Positions 1 through 10,601 are shown, counted from the first letter of the stretch. The stretch is DNA of 64,000 bases from an uncultured virus (IMG/VR IMGVR_UViG_3300025132_000001) (IMGVR_UViG_3300025132_000001), one strand, 5' to 3'. Numbers and translations are program-made. The notes: generated from the letters alone by a model not told the origin.

Positions 1-990
1 GATCGCACCATCTTCATCATCAGGTACTGCACCAATATGCATAGGATCAATAAATACATTATGGATCTCACCACTATACCAAGAGATATACTTTAAACCA
101 CCTACATGAAGACCTTTAACACATGATTGTGTATCATTAGTGTTAACTTGGTCCCAACTAGCTAGTCTATGAGTACATCCAACTTTAATAAAGTGTCGTG
201 GAGTTCCTCCATATCCATTTGTACCTTCACAAAAGAAAGGGTCACCTCCTTGTCCCATTACAGAAGGCTCAAATAATCTATCTTCTACATTTTCAGGTAG
301 ACCATCTGAATCAATTTCACCTGTATCAGGGTTGAAAGTTCTTTTATATCTTGGTTCTAGTTCTCCAGTTTCTGCATTATACTTATCAAGTATTTCACTA
401 GAAACTTTATAACCATTTAAAAGACCTTCATTAGTAATCTTCATTTGATACATTGCTGCTCTTCTTTCCGCGACTTCTTCACTTAAACCGTGATCTTCCA
501 TAAGCTCTTTCTTTAATTGTGGATGAACATATTGCATATTTACAAAATTAAAAAATCTTGTAGAAAAATCCATTCCAAAACCTCTTGTGGTTTTGTTTCT
601 AAGAATAGGATTTCTTAACCATCTAGTCCACATTTTAACTAAAGGGTCAAAAGTAATACCTTTGTCAACAGATTCAAATATTCTATTAACTAATGCATCT
701 GGCATTGGTATTGATGAAACTATACCATTATGCTTTAAAAAGAATTCGCCTGTTCCTTTATTCACATGAATAAATTCACATTCTGATTCTATAGTTTGTG
801 TATAGTCCATAGCAGCTAAAGGAGCAAAAGATCTTAAAGTTCTTTCATATTCTTCCACAGTAACTGCTTTATTAGCCATATCAGCTAATTCTTGCATTTG
901 TTTATAAACTTTTTCATCAAAGTTTACACAAAACGGGGTTTCCCCATAAGATCCTGAGATCTTGTCATCGATAACGTTTATTGTAATCAT
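1..990 (-). CDS. rIIB: rIIB-like protein (3' end outside window)
   Basis: Not in ORF track; manual translation from ATG at 990 (MITINVIDDK...SCVKGLHVGG...FIDPMHIGAVPDD). The GLH and DP..I..VP motifs fit rIIB; lies directly downstream of rIIA-like gene. Confidence 0.75.
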   Translation of the reverse strand, partial: MITINVIDDKISGSYGETPFCVNFDEKVYKQMQELADMANKAVTVEEYERTLRSFAPLAAMDYTQTIESECEFIHVNKGTGEFFLKHNGIVSSIPMPDALVNRIFESVDKGITFDPLVKMWTRWLRNPILRNKTTRGFGMDFSTRFFNFVNMQYVHPQLKKELMEDHGLSEEVAERRAAMYQMKITNEGLLNGYKVSSEILDKYNAETGELEPRYKRTFNPDTGEIDSDGLPENVEDRLFEPSVMGQGGDPFFCEGTNGYGGTPRHFIKVGCTHRLASWDQVNTNDTQSCVKGLHVGGLKYISWYSGEIHNVFIDPMHIGAVPDDEDGAI

Positions 991-1026
991 TTTTATTTTT
1001 TTTTATTAATTAATAATTAAAAGAAT

Positions 1027-1046
1027 AGGGGGATTTAATATCCCCC
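1027..1046 (-). terminator. Stem-loop after rIIA (terminator or processing site)
   Basis: GGGGGA-TTTAATA-TCCCCC inverted repeat between rIIA stop and rIIB start. Confidence 0.45.
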
Positions 1047-1052
1047 AACTCT

Positions 1053-3833
1053 TTATTTTTCCCATTTAAGTCTATCTTTAGCATCCAAATAAATACGAAG
1101 TTCCTTTTCTAAATCCCCAAGATCATGTGTGTCTTTTTCATAATCTAATGGATTTAAATTTATGCTATCTATTTCTAGTAAAAGAGGAGACAGTGTATCA
1201 GAAAACTCTTTAATTTCTTCATAGTTTTCTATAAGTTCTTCTCTTAAACCAACAGCACCAGGAATATCTACAACAAATAATTCACGGCTTTTAGCAGCGA
1301 TTAAATCTTCTTTATTAGGATCGTTTTCAACACTTTTACAATAATATTGAAATTCTGCAATATTTTCTAAGTGTTTCATTATATCGTCTTTATAATCGCT
1401 CATTATTTGTTTACTTTTAAACAGATCATAATGTTCTACACGAACATCATAACATTGTCTAAATTTTTCAAATAATTCAGGATGTAAAGACTTTAACCCT
1501 GTTAGAAATTTATAATCTTGTATGCCATCTAATTTAGAAGCTGTAAACCATTTTATTAAGTGTTTATCCATTGTATATTCATTTTTATCATTTATTTGTA
1601 AAAAATACTCATCAATATGTTTACAGTTTTCATTCATTGATAAGTACTTAACTGCTTTAGTTGAAACTCTGATTAGTTGCGGAGTGGTAGCTTCGCCTAA
1701 TTTACTTTCATCTGTCCAATCAGGATATTTATCAGAACTATAGTCTAAAAATCGTGTTGGTGGAGCATCATAAAAGAAAACAGGACTAAAACCATCATTC
1801 CATTTCCATCCAGCTCCATCAGGATAAAACTCTGCTTCAATAGGAACTTGACTTAGTAAAGTAACAGCTGCAAATTTAAATTTGTCTTCATCCGCTTTAG
1901 TACCATAGTAAGTAATTCTACTAGTACTAGCTAGATCTTTATACTTAGGCTCAATTTTGTCCCAAGTAAAATATCCATCACCACGTTTGTCGTCAAATCT
2001 TAAACTATAAGCAACCATTCTTTTTTCTATCTCACGCCTTTCTTCTGCAGATAAATTATCAAACTTAGCTTTTTCTTCTGCTTCTTTTATTTTTTCTTTA
2101 TGATCATCAATCCATTCTTGTGGAACTTCATAATCATCATAAGATTTAATAAGAGATGAAGATTTAAGCAGTTGCAAAATCTTTTGTTGCTTACTACTTT
2201 GTTTATTCCAAAGTTGTATAGCTTGTGTTTTTGCATGACCAGCTTGCATAGCCTGAATTTTTAAAGGTAAAGTTGTATCTAGAGTTTCTTCAATAATAAT
2301 AACTTTATTTCTAACGGCATTTTCAAGTATATGTAAATCTTTATACTTATTAAATTCTCCGCTTTTAAGATATACATTATCTTCAGACCAATTATCCCAG
2401 GCTTCTGAAACAGGTCTTTCTAGTACTTCTTTTCTTTCTTTATAACTATATTCATTTTTAATAGTTTTAATAGATAGTCCTTTAAGTACAGTTTTTGCTC
2501 CTCCAAATTTAATATTTTTATCACCAGGAAATTTAGGTGCTATTTGAGTTTTATCTACAATTCTAGATAATCTCCCTAAAACACTATCACTACGTGAATC
2601 ACTTAAAATATTTGAACAAGCAAGTATCCATTTAATAAAATCAGACTCATTTAATTCTGCTTCTATAAGTTCACTTGCTTCATCAGCAGCGTTTTTAATT
2701 ACTTGTTGAACATAAGCTTTAGTAGCTTCATTCCAAATAACTTTCTCACGCGATGGAGTAACATCTACACCTTCTTGAATAACTATCTCTTTACCAGTTT
2801 CAGGGTCTCTCATACTTTGTCTAATAGGACATTTAAATGCAATTGCACCCCATAAAGTTTCCATTTCTAATTCACGGAAGTCTATGTGCCCATAATTAAT
2901 ACCAGTAGTAGCGCCTTTTTCTCTAACCACTACAATATGTGGCCTGTTAAATACATAGCTATCAGAAAGAATCAAGTTTTCAGAATTATGTTGAACTTTA
3001 GCTTGAAAATTTACATCGTTTTCTTCATAAACTGATCCGTCTTCATTATATTCAATGTCTTTAAACTTAATGTTTCCTAAATAAATCAATTGTTCTTCAA
3101 CAGAGTCATAAAATTTACTACGATTGTGTTTTTTAACACCAAATGATACTGTAGTATAATTTTTTTCATCTGTTTTTTCATAATGAACAACAGATCCGTC
3201 ACTAAATGTAACATGTGGATTAATACCATTTTTACCAAACTTAGGTATAATAAAATCAGTTTTGTAATTATAACAATTACATTTAAACCTTTTACCATTA
3301 TGTACAGTTTCAATAGTATAAAAATCTACACCTGTAGATAGTGCAACTTTAGCGCCTAAACCAAATGCTCCAAAGTTCTCAGTTGTATTTCTTTTCGTAG
3401 AATATCCTAACTCAAGAACTCCTTCTAATCTTCTATTACCTATACCAACTCCCCAGTCAGTTACTGAAAATCTATCACAGTGTCCAACTCCAGGTCGTTT
3501 TTCATAAGTAATTTGCACATGATTTCTAGCATGATTTAATGAAGCTATATTATAATAACTTACATCAAAATTACTATCTGTATATGCTTCTCCATGTCTT
3601 TTAATGTAATAGTCTTCTTCTTTTTTCGCGCCACTTAATATTTCCATAGCTATTTCTTTTTCACGCTGAGAGTCACATGCATTTGTAACTAATTCTCTAA
3701 CAGTAGATGAAATAGGTGTAGAATATTGAGTGGCTTGAAGAATATCAAAGACCATTTTTTCGGCTCCTTTGTTAATTCTTTTAGCGATCCCTTCTGAGCC
3801 TTGGATCTCTTTATTAATTGTTTTAATACTCAT
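1053..3833 (-). CDS. rIIA: rIIA-like protein with N-terminal GHKL (HATPase) domain
   Basis: RELVTNACDS, DWGVGI, YSTK and GAFGLGAK motifs; VTPSRE motif; paired with rIIB-like gene. Confidence 0.85.
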   Translation of the reverse strand: MSIKTINKEIQGSEGIAKRINKGAEKMVFDILQATQYSTPISSTVRELVTNACDSQREKEIAMEILSGAKKEEDYYIKRHGEAYTDSNFDVSYYNIASLNHARNHVQITYEKRPGVGHCDRFSVTDWGVGIGNRRLEGVLELGYSTKRNTTENFGAFGLGAKVALSTGVDFYTIETVHNGKRFKCNCYNYKTDFIIPKFGKNGINPHVTFSDGSVVHYEKTDEKNYTTVSFGVKKHNRSKFYDSVEEQLIYLGNIKFKDIEYNEDGSVYEENDVNFQAKVQHNSENLILSDSYVFNRPHIVVVREKGATTGINYGHIDFRELEMETLWGAIAFKCPIRQSMRDPETGKEIVIQEGVDVTPSREKVIWNEATKAYVQQVIKNAADEASELIEAELNESDFIKWILACSNILSDSRSDSVLGRLSRIVDKTQIAPKFPGDKNIKFGGAKTVLKGLSIKTIKNEYSYKERKEVLERPVSEAWDNWSEDNVYLKSGEFNKYKDLHILENAVRNKVIIIEETLDTTLPLKIQAMQAGHAKTQAIQLWNKQSSKQQKILQLLKSSSLIKSYDDYEVPQEWIDDHKEKIKEAEEKAKFDNLSAEERREIEKRMVAYSLRFDDKRGDGYFTWDKIEPKYKDLASTSRITYYGTKADEDKFKFAAVTLLSQVPIEAEFYPDGAGWKWNDGFSPVFFYDAPPTRFLDYSSDKYPDWTDESKLGEATTPQLIRVSTKAVKYLSMNENCKHIDEYFLQINDKNEYTMDKHLIKWFTASKLDGIQDYKFLTGLKSLHPELFEKFRQCYDVRVEHYDLFKSKQIMSDYKDDIMKHLENIAEFQYYCKSVENDPNKEDLIAAKSRELFVVDIPGAVGLREELIENYEEIKEFSDTLSPLLLEIDSINLNPLDYEKDTHDLGDLEKELRIYLDAKDRLKWEK

Positions 3834-4182
3834 AATTAAATCTTTTTTTGTATGCGTTATATAAATATTTTTGACTTCTTGTCAACATTGATTCATGTAA
3901 AGGAAATAATCTTTTTTCAGAACCTGTTAAAATAAAACAACCATATGGTTTTTTTATTTTTGTTAATAAATCTTTAGATTTTTCTTTAATAAAATCTGGA
4001 ATTATATCTTCTCCGTCTTTTTGTTGATCATACCAGTACAAATCATAATATACTATGCCAGAATTTTTATATTGATAATTTTTCCATTCCCCAAATACAA
4101 TAGGGTACCAAAGATTACCAAACACTAATCCAGCAAGAGCGCCAGGTTTTAAACCTTTAACCCATTGGTTCATTGGTGTCAT
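3823..4182 (-). CDS. Hypothetical protein
   Basis: 119-aa ORF tightly packed in the operon. Confidence 0.65.
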   Translation of the reverse strand: MTPMNQWVKGLKPGALAGLVFGNLWYPIVFGEWKNYQYKNSGIVYYDLYWYDQQKDGEDIIPDFIKEKSKDLLTKIKKPYGCFILTGSEKRLFPLHESMLTRSQKYLYNAYKKRFNYEY

Positions 4183-4183
4183 T

Positions 4184-4627
4184 TTATAAATTTTTGATTA
4201 ATTCTATAGTTTCTAATACTTGTTTTTGATTCTTAGGTAAATATAATGTTGGTGATTGCTTGTTTATTTGTTTTTTAAATAATTTCCATTTTAAAGGAAA
4301 TACATCATTTGCATATCCTTTAACTTCTATTATCCACTTTCCGTTTGGATCTACAAAATCAGGTGTATATGTTATTGCTCTAACCTTCATGGTATTATTA
4401 ATATATCCTTGAGGTCTAGGTTCAATACTATCACCTTGATAGTGAAATCCATCCATAAGTACAAAAGTCTTTTTTTCGTAAAGAGATTTTATACCTGCAG
4501 CTTCTAACTTTTTATAAGTAAATAGTTCTAATTTAGATCTAAATTTTATACCTTTATAAGTTGTAGCAGTTGCATTTCTAATTTTTCCCTTAGAACGGGA
4601 GTTCCGACGCTTCTTCATAATTTTCAA
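4184..4627 (-). CDS. PD-(D/E)XK nuclease, DUF1064-like
   Basis: GIKFRSKLE, YTPDF and IIEVKG motifs. Confidence 0.8.
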   Translation of the reverse strand: MKIMKKRRNSRSKGKIRNATATTYKGIKFRSKLELFTYKKLEAAGIKSLYEKKTFVLMDGFHYQGDSIEPRPQGYINNTMKVRAITYTPDFVDPNGKWIIEVKGYANDVFPLKWKLFKKQINKQSPTLYLPKNQKQVLETIELIKNL

Positions 4628-5642
4628 TACTTTTAGTTATATTCTCAGACATAAATTCTTCAGCTATATCTATGTTATAGTTTTTAATTAAATCTGATAA
4701 GTCTTTACTCTTATATGATTCTTCTATACATATACTTTGAACATGATCTGAAAAATATCTTTCTTTAATTTTATTTGCCATAGTCTGGCCAGGATTATTT
4801 TCATTTTCAAAATCATTATCATAAAGTAATATAATACATTCAAATTTACTTTTGAGATCTTTTATTAATTTCTCTTCAGGCATTTGCATTTCACTTTGCA
4901 GTGCAATTGCTGGATGCCCCATTTGATATAAACACATTACATCTTTTAACGATGATGTTATTATAACATATTGAGTGTGCCAATCAGCTTCTAATTGTTT
5001 CCAACCTTGAATCTGTTTAGCTGTTGTATTACTCATCCATTTAATTTCAGAGTAAGGAGAATAAATTTTATACTTTGGTCCATATTTATATGCATATGTA
5101 ATGTCATTACAGTGAAATCTATTTTCATTAATCCAATAATGACTAATAGGTTCTACATTAAAATGTTCTAAAGTAAATTTAGAAATACCAAAAGGTGCCC
5201 AAAATGCAGCATCTTTGTTATTCCATTTTCTTCGTTTTTTCTTTATTATTACTAATGGTTTAGCTTCAATTTTTTTATTGTAAGTTAATCCCATATATCC
5301 CATAGTAAATTTAATTTCATTTTGTTTAGAACTTAATCCTAAACAAAAATCCATATCTACTATTCTTAATGCACTATAAAAGTCACATTTATATTTAGCT
5401 TTAATAAATGAAAAACAATTAAAAGTATGTTCTGATCTTCCAAAGTCTTTATATAATAATCCTCCATTCCATTCAATAATTGAAACAGTAGGATTAGAAT
5501 CTTCCCTTAAAGGGCTACAAAACTTTTTACCAAGACGCTCGAATTGTGGACAATAATATCTAAATATATCATACTCACTTATCCGTGCAAGTATAACATC
5601 TGAATGAAGATAATCTTCACTACTTCTACTTTTTATTGCCAT
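4590..5642 (-). CDS. DNA primase (TOPRIM, crAss-like)
   Basis: Degenerate Zn-finger-like N-terminus (CSPLRED.NPT...YKDFG); ITSSLKDVM and LYDND TOPRIM-like motifs; KDLSD C-terminal motif. Confidence 0.8.
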   Translation of the reverse strand: MAIKSRSSEDYLHSDVILARISEYDIFRYYCPQFERLGKKFCSPLREDSNPTVSIIEWNGGLLYKDFGRSEHTFNCFSFIKAKYKCDFYSALRIVDMDFCLGLSSKQNEIKFTMGYMGLTYNKKIEAKPLVIIKKKRRKWNNKDAAFWAPFGISKFTLEHFNVEPISHYWINENRFHCNDITYAYKYGPKYKIYSPYSEIKWMSNTTAKQIQGWKQLEADWHTQYVIITSSLKDVMCLYQMGHPAIALQSEMQMPEEKLIKDLKSKFECIILLYDNDFENENNPGQTMANKIKERYFSDHVQSICIEESYKSKDLSDLIKNYNIDIAEEFMSENITKSIENYEEASELPF

Positions 5643-5654
5643 AATACTAAATTT

Positions 5655-5740
5655 AAAGAAAAAAGGAATGTGGGCTGTAGTGCGTTTACGTGTTATCTAC
5701 AGTTTTTGTTAACAACGCCCCCTCTCACATTCCCCTTTCT
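5655..5740 (-). ncRNA. Candidate small structured RNA or terminator
   Basis: GGAATGTG (5665-72) pairs with CACATTCC (5726-33), enclosing a CTGTAG/CTACAG stem; U-tract follows on the minus strand. Confidence 0.35.
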
Positions 5741-5755
5741 ATTATAATTTAAAAA

Positions 5756-5783
5756 GTATAAGGATGAGTAAGCATCCTTATAC
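5756..5783. repeat. Perfect 11-bp hairpin
   Basis: GTATAAGGATG-AGTAAG-CATCCTTATAC. Confidence 0.8.
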
Positions 5784-5883
5784 AAATTGATTTTAAATAG
5801 TTGCCTATCAAAAATTAAGGGGGGACAACTATTTACCTTCTTACTAAGGATCATGAATTACCCCCAAAAAAGAAACTGAGTCT

Positions 5884-6645
5884 TTAAACCCAATCCTTAT
5901 CTTCATCAGCCTCTGCAAATGCAGGAGCACTATCTTCATCAGGAGCTGTTACAGCTAACTGAGGTGAAAAAGTTCCCCACTCTAGATTTGTATGAAATTC
6001 TGCATTAAATGAACCATACTCATCATTAAGATTTCTTACAAATAAGTCATCTCTTTGTGGCTTTACTCTTCCAAAATGTTTAGTGTAAATAGTTTGATAT
6101 TTACCATCTTTTACACCAACGAGAACCCTTGCTTGATTGTTAGCTAACGCTCCAACTAAACTTTTTAATTCTCCTACATCTCCTTTTACCATCTTAGCGA
6201 TAGTATCAAAAGATACGTCATCACCTGAAGCTACATTAGCCCAAGCTTTAACAAAATTAATTAATGTTTCTTCACCACCAAATGCATGTCTCTGTCCTTC
6301 AGCTTTCCACCAATCATATGTTGGTGCTGCTTCTGACCATGTAGTTTGACCAATGTTATTAATCCATTGATGTTTACCACTTTGAGAAATTCTTGGTTGA
6401 TCAGTCATTAATATTTCCAATCTAGTAGTTAGATCAGAATTCTTCATCCAGAATACAATTTTAAAATATTCTGTTCCGTTCAGTTCTAAGAAATAATTAG
6501 GTTCTGATTTAACATTAATATCTAATGCATGTAGCTCTGCCATTGTAGGGTTTACTGCCATTACATTCATATTAGTTAGACCAGAGTATAATTTTACTCC
6601 TGATCCCATTACTTCTTGTTCACTTGAATTACTTTTTATTGCCAT
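5884..6645 (-). CDS. Replication-module protein, possibly ssDNA-binding
   Basis: 253 aa; acidic C-terminal tail (EADEDKDWV); between AAA ATPase and primase. Confidence 0.6.
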   Translation of the reverse strand: MAIKSNSSEQEVMGSGVKLYSGLTNMNVMAVNPTMAELHALDINVKSEPNYFLELNGTEYFKIVFWMKNSDLTTRLEILMTDQPRISQSGKHQWINNIGQTTWSEAAPTYDWWKAEGQRHAFGGEETLINFVKAWANVASGDDVSFDTIAKMVKGDVGELKSLVGALANNQARVLVGVKDGKYQTIYTKHFGRVKPQRDDLFVRNLNDEYGSFNAEFHTNLEWGTFSPQLAVTAPDEDSAPAFAEADEDKDWV

Positions 6646-6787
6646 TTTTATTAATATTTTTGTTTATAAATTTATTTTCTATCTGTGTACATATATAAAA
6701 GCCCCATACAGCTCCTAGTATCATAAATATTACGATACAACCTGCTAACATGGGGACTTCTAAACATATTTGTTTTACTGACTCCAT
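6629..6787 (-). CDS. Small membrane protein (52 aa)
   Basis: Manual translation MESVKQICLEVPMLAGCIVIFMILGAVWGFYICTQ...; fills the gap, one hydrophobic segment. Confidence 0.5.
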   Translation of the reverse strand: MESVKQICLEVPMLAGCIVIFMILGAVWGFYICTQIENKFINKNINKNGNKK

Positions 6788-7194
6788 TCGTCATCAGTAT
6801 CTTGATCATACTCTGTCAATTCTTCTTCATTCATATATTCAGGATTAGACTTAACTTCAGCATTATCTATTTTAGCATCGTGCATCTTATCTTCATTATA
6901 TGTATCTTCATCTTCTTCTTCTTTAATTTGATCTTCAAGATCCATTTGATTAGGATTAATAGTATCATCAACAAACTCAAAAGATAATTTTCTAATTTTC
7001 TTAGCTTTTTTACCTTTTAATGCAGGATGTTTAAACATTTGAGTTACTTCCCATCCTTCTAAATTGTATTTTTCTTTAATACCATCTCTACCTATACCGT
7101 TTTCTAGATCATCTATAATCATAGTTGTTGTTATTTTTTGAGGTGTTACAGCCTCAGTTGTACCCATATCTGGGTTCACACGTGTTTCTATCAT
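6775..7194 (-). CDS. Hypothetical protein with acidic tail
   Basis: 139-aa ORF; possible HTH-like N-terminal half. Confidence 0.7.
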   Translation of the reverse strand: MIETRVNPDMGTTEAVTPQKITTTMIIDDLENGIGRDGIKEKYNLEGWEVTQMFKHPALKGKKAKKIRKLSFEFVDDTINPNQMDLEDQIKEEEDEDTYNEDKMHDAKIDNAEVKSNPEYMNEEELTEYDQDTDDEWSQ

Positions 7195-7210
7195 TGTTTA
7201 TTTTTTTAAA

Positions 7211-7909
7211 TTAATCTATAAATATTTGTTTCCATTCAAAAGGCATTGTTTGCCCTTTTAAGTGATCACATCGTGATCCTGCAACTGTATCGTCAAGAGA
7301 ATTAAATGATATCATAGTGGTATCATCTTCTCTATATATATAACCAATAGCATCTGCATTAGCACAAGTAATCTGCTTGATCTTACCAGTTAAATCAAGG
7401 TCCTTTACAGCAACCTCTTTACCTTTCTTCTCAAGCATTTTATCCTTTAAGTGTCCAACTAAGATTATATGATCCGCTAATGTATTCAATCTGTCAATCC
7501 ATTTTTTATATGCTATTCTTAAATATAAATAGCCAGCGCCGTTTGGCAGGGATAAGACTGATGCACCAGGGTTCTTTTGTTCAAAGTTTTTACCCATTGG
7601 AGTTCTCATATAAATTTGTTTACCTTCAGCTTCACACCATTCCTCTAATTTAGAAATAGTATCAATAGCAACATATTTATATGGTTTGCCTTCTTTAGAA
7701 ATTGCTTTACCAACTTCTGTTAGTTCTTGTAAATTATTTACTTGTAGTTTTAAAGCACTAACCATGTCAGAGCCTTTCTCTAAATCAATAATTAAACAAT
7801 TATCTAGTTTAGAAAGCATTGTTGTTTTCCCAATTTTGGGAGGGCCATAAATGACCATGTTTTTAGGCGACTTTCTTGAAGCCGCAATTTTACTTTTAGG
7901 TAATTCCAT
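7211..7909 (-). CDS. AAA_24 / Sak4-like P-loop ATPase
   Basis: YGPPKIGKTT Walker A; IDLEKG; VAIDTI Walker B; ILVGH. Confidence 0.85.
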   Translation of the reverse strand: MELPKSKIAASRKSPKNMVIYGPPKIGKTTMLSKLDNCLIIDLEKGSDMVSALKLQVNNLQELTEVGKAISKEGKPYKYVAIDTISKLEEWCEAEGKQIYMRTPMGKNFEQKNPGASVLSLPNGAGYLYLRIAYKKWIDRLNTLADHIILVGHLKDKMLEKKGKEVAVKDLDLTGKIKQITCANADAIGYIYREDDTTMISFNSLDDTVAGSRCDHLKGQTMPFEWKQIFID

Positions 7910-7911
7910 AT

Positions 7912-8871
7912 TTAATTCTTTTTTCTTTCAGTTATTGTAAATGTTGACATCTCCGCTTCATACGGTATCATGCCTAATAATCCATCTCTATTCTTTTCAA
8001 TATGACAAGCAAGTAATCCTACAGGATCTTCATTACAATACATATCTTCTATACCATACAAATCGTTTGGTCTATTAAGTATCATAACTACATGTGCATC
8101 TTGACCAATACTATCACCACCAAATATATCTGATAGCAATGGTTGGTATTGATTTTTAGCACGGTGTTCTTGTTCTATATTTCTATTTAATTGAGAAAGT
8201 AATATATTAACTACTCCCAATCTAGATTGCATCCACATACACCCTTTAGAAACTGCATTAAGTTTTCTTAATTCTGTTTCCTCAGCGCCTGGAATTAACC
8301 TTGAATGATCATATAAGTTTATTACGTGTGTTTTAGGATGTTGGTTGAATACGTCAATGTTTGCTTGTTTTATAAATTCTATACTTCTTGGAATATTGTT
8401 AAAATATATATTATATCTTTTTAGTTTATCTACTCTATTAGCATATGTTTGAAAGTCTACGTGAGATAATTTGTCATCAACTGATAACAGATCTGCCATT
8501 TGTTTTTTAACATCTTTAGCAGCTGTTCTCATAACTTGTTGATAACCTGGCATCTCAAATGTCCAGTATAATACAACTAATCTTTTATCTTGATTACTAT
8601 CAAGTATATCAAATACTAGTTGATTACTAAAAGCTGATTTACCTACACCAGGTCTTCCAGCTATCACATAAAGCTTTCCTCTTTGTAATCCTCCAAGTAA
8701 ATTTCTATTTAGTCTAGGCCATTTAGTAAGTAATACATCTCTCTTACCTTCCATTGCATTTTTTACAATGGAGACAGATTGATTAACGGCTTTGTCTATT
8801 TTTTGAAATCCTTTCTTTTTGAACACATCAGAGGAGCCTTGTGGTCCGTTGTTGTGTTGATTGTTTTGCAT
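7912..8871 (-). CDS. dnaB: DnaB-like replicative helicase (C-terminal domain)
   Basis: AGRPGVGKS, FEM, LSQLNR, P.LSD and KNRDG motifs. Confidence 0.9.
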   Translation of the reverse strand: MQNNQHNNGPQGSSDVFKKKGFQKIDKAVNQSVSIVKNAMEGKRDVLLTKWPRLNRNLLGGLQRGKLYVIAGRPGVGKSAFSNQLVFDILDSNQDKRLVVLYWTFEMPGYQQVMRTAAKDVKKQMADLLSVDDKLSHVDFQTYANRVDKLKRYNIYFNNIPRSIEFIKQANIDVFNQHPKTHVINLYDHSRLIPGAEETELRKLNAVSKGCMWMQSRLGVVNILLSQLNRNIEQEHRAKNQYQPLLSDIFGGDSIGQDAHVVMILNRPNDLYGIEDMYCNEDPVGLLACHIEKNRDGLLGMIPYEAEMSTFTITERKKN

Positions 8872-9388
8872 CGTTAATGTCTATTTCATCATACTTTTCC
8901 CAAGTATGGTTATTAATCCAAGTTTCCAAATTCTGTAAGTAGCCAAGGTTATCCCTATCTACTAGCAGTTGCTTCTGCAATAATAGCATAATTTCTTTAT
9001 GTTTATGCTTTTTATTGTTAACAATTTTACGATATTTATTCTTTGCTTTTAAATTGGATTTAGATCCAGGATTTTTAGCATGTAGAATTCTAACGCCTCT
9101 TGTTGGAGAAGCAACTTTCATCGGGTAAGCAGCAACAAGTTCAGCAAACATGTGATCAAAATTACAGTCAAATAAGTCTGTGAATTTTTCAGTTACATAA
9201 TAAGTAGTTATAGCATCGACTAAATCTAAAACTACCCAACCGTCTTGTTGCAGCTTGGCCCAATCAGGATTTAAATTAATAGGTTCAAAATATCCATAGC
9301 CTTTGCGCCAGATTAAATATAATGCTAAATAATCATTAGCATCTAATTTAATTTCTTCTAACAACTTTAAGTCTAATTCTATTTTCAT
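8828..9388 (-). CDS. Putative replication initiator (phage O-like C-terminal motif)
   Basis: FAELVAAYPMK and YLQNLETWINNHTWE resemble the F..FW..YP.K / TWLN..RW pattern; immediately upstream of DnaB. Confidence 0.5.
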   Translation of the reverse strand: MKIELDLKLLEEIKLDANDYLALYLIWRKGYGYFEPINLNPDWAKLQQDGWVVLDLVDAITTYYVTEKFTDLFDCNFDHMFAELVAAYPMKVASPTRGVRILHAKNPGSKSNLKAKNKYRKIVNNKKHKHKEIMLLLQKQLLVDRDNLGYLQNLETWINNHTWEKYDEIDINDAKQSTQQRTTRLL

Positions 9389-9407
9389 ATAAGTAAAGTT
9401 TTATTAA

Positions 9408-10598
9408 TTATAAATCACTTACTCCAGATACCCAATTAACGTTATCTAGAGTTTTTACAGCATTCTTTAGCCATTTTTCTTCTTGGCTATCTTTAATATA
9501 TAAAATAACAATCTTTCCGATTTTATTCTCTTGAAATCTAATAAGTCTACCAACTCTCTGTATCATAGATAAAGATTTGCTGGTGATCCCGCAGATTATG
9601 CCCATATCAGCATCTGGAACGTCAAAACCGTGGTTCAGAGCTTTAGTGGAACAAAGTACACTGATTTTATTATTTTTAAATTTCTCTATAGCTTCCTTTT
9701 TAGCCTTCTTGCCTATCCCTGAGTGATACGACAAGGCTAAAGGATGTATAGCAGAACATAATTTATCAGTAAAGTCATTTGCTCCACTAAAAACAAGCAT
9801 TTTACGATCTATATTTTTAAAGACAACGTCTTTCATTACAGATACTTTATTAGCTGCAAAGTCCACAATCTTTTTCCGTTCTCTGATCGCGCGGTAAAAT
9901 TGTGAAGCAGCTTGCTTGTCAGTTCCAGAGGCAGTTCTATCAGACATAATTCTGCGAGCCTCATTAAACGCATCAAATTGTCCTAGTTGGTATTTCCAAT
10001 AAATAAAACTATTGTTGATCTTTTTATAATCATCTAGTTCATCTGTTGTCAAATCAACTGGCACACAGAACAATTCATACGGGGATATTAGTCCCAAGGT
10101 AACACATTCATCAAGTGTTATTTTATATATTAAAGGTGCAAGTTTAAAAAGAAGAGACTTGTATTCAAGTTCTTCTGGTAAAGTTGCTGTCATACATAGT
10201 AGTCTATCATAAGAATTATTTTTAAAGAATTTACGATATTCAGGACTCATACCTAAATGAGCCTCGTCACACACAACAATTGTGTATGACTGATCTTGCA
10301 ATTTATATGCAGACTGATAACATAAAATATCAACGCGATCAAGTATATCTGAATAACCCCATTTGTGAAATTCCTCAGTAAATTGATCTTGCAATTGAGT
10401 GGTAGGCACCAACACTAAACCAGTGCCTACTATATTTCTTCTTAATGTTTCTCCAATAGCTAATATGCCTACACGAGATTTACCAAATCCAGTACCTGCT
10501 ATTACAGATCCTTTAAATCCAGCTCTTGCCCATGCGTTTATTGCTTTTTTTTGTTCGATATTTTTCTTTTCTATCATATTAGTCATTGTAAGTATCAT
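9408..10598 (-). CDS. Superfamily 2 DExH helicase
   Basis: GTGFGKS, DEAH, MTAT, GFDVP and QRVGR motifs. Confidence 0.9.
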   Translation of the reverse strand: MILTMTNMIEKKNIEQKKAINAWARAGFKGSVIAGTGFGKSRVGILAIGETLRRNIVGTGLVLVPTTQLQDQFTEEFHKWGYSDILDRVDILCYQSAYKLQDQSYTIVVCDEAHLGMSPEYRKFFKNNSYDRLLCMTATLPEELEYKSLLFKLAPLIYKITLDECVTLGLISPYELFCVPVDLTTDELDDYKKINNSFIYWKYQLGQFDAFNEARRIMSDRTASGTDKQAASQFYRAIRERKKIVDFAANKVSVMKDVVFKNIDRKMLVFSGANDFTDKLCSAIHPLALSYHSGIGKKAKKEAIEKFKNNKISVLCSTKALNHGFDVPDADMGIICGITSKSLSMIQRVGRLIRFQENKIGKIVILYIKDSQEEKWLKNAVKTLDNVNWVSGVSDL

Positions 10599-10601
10599 AG
10601 T

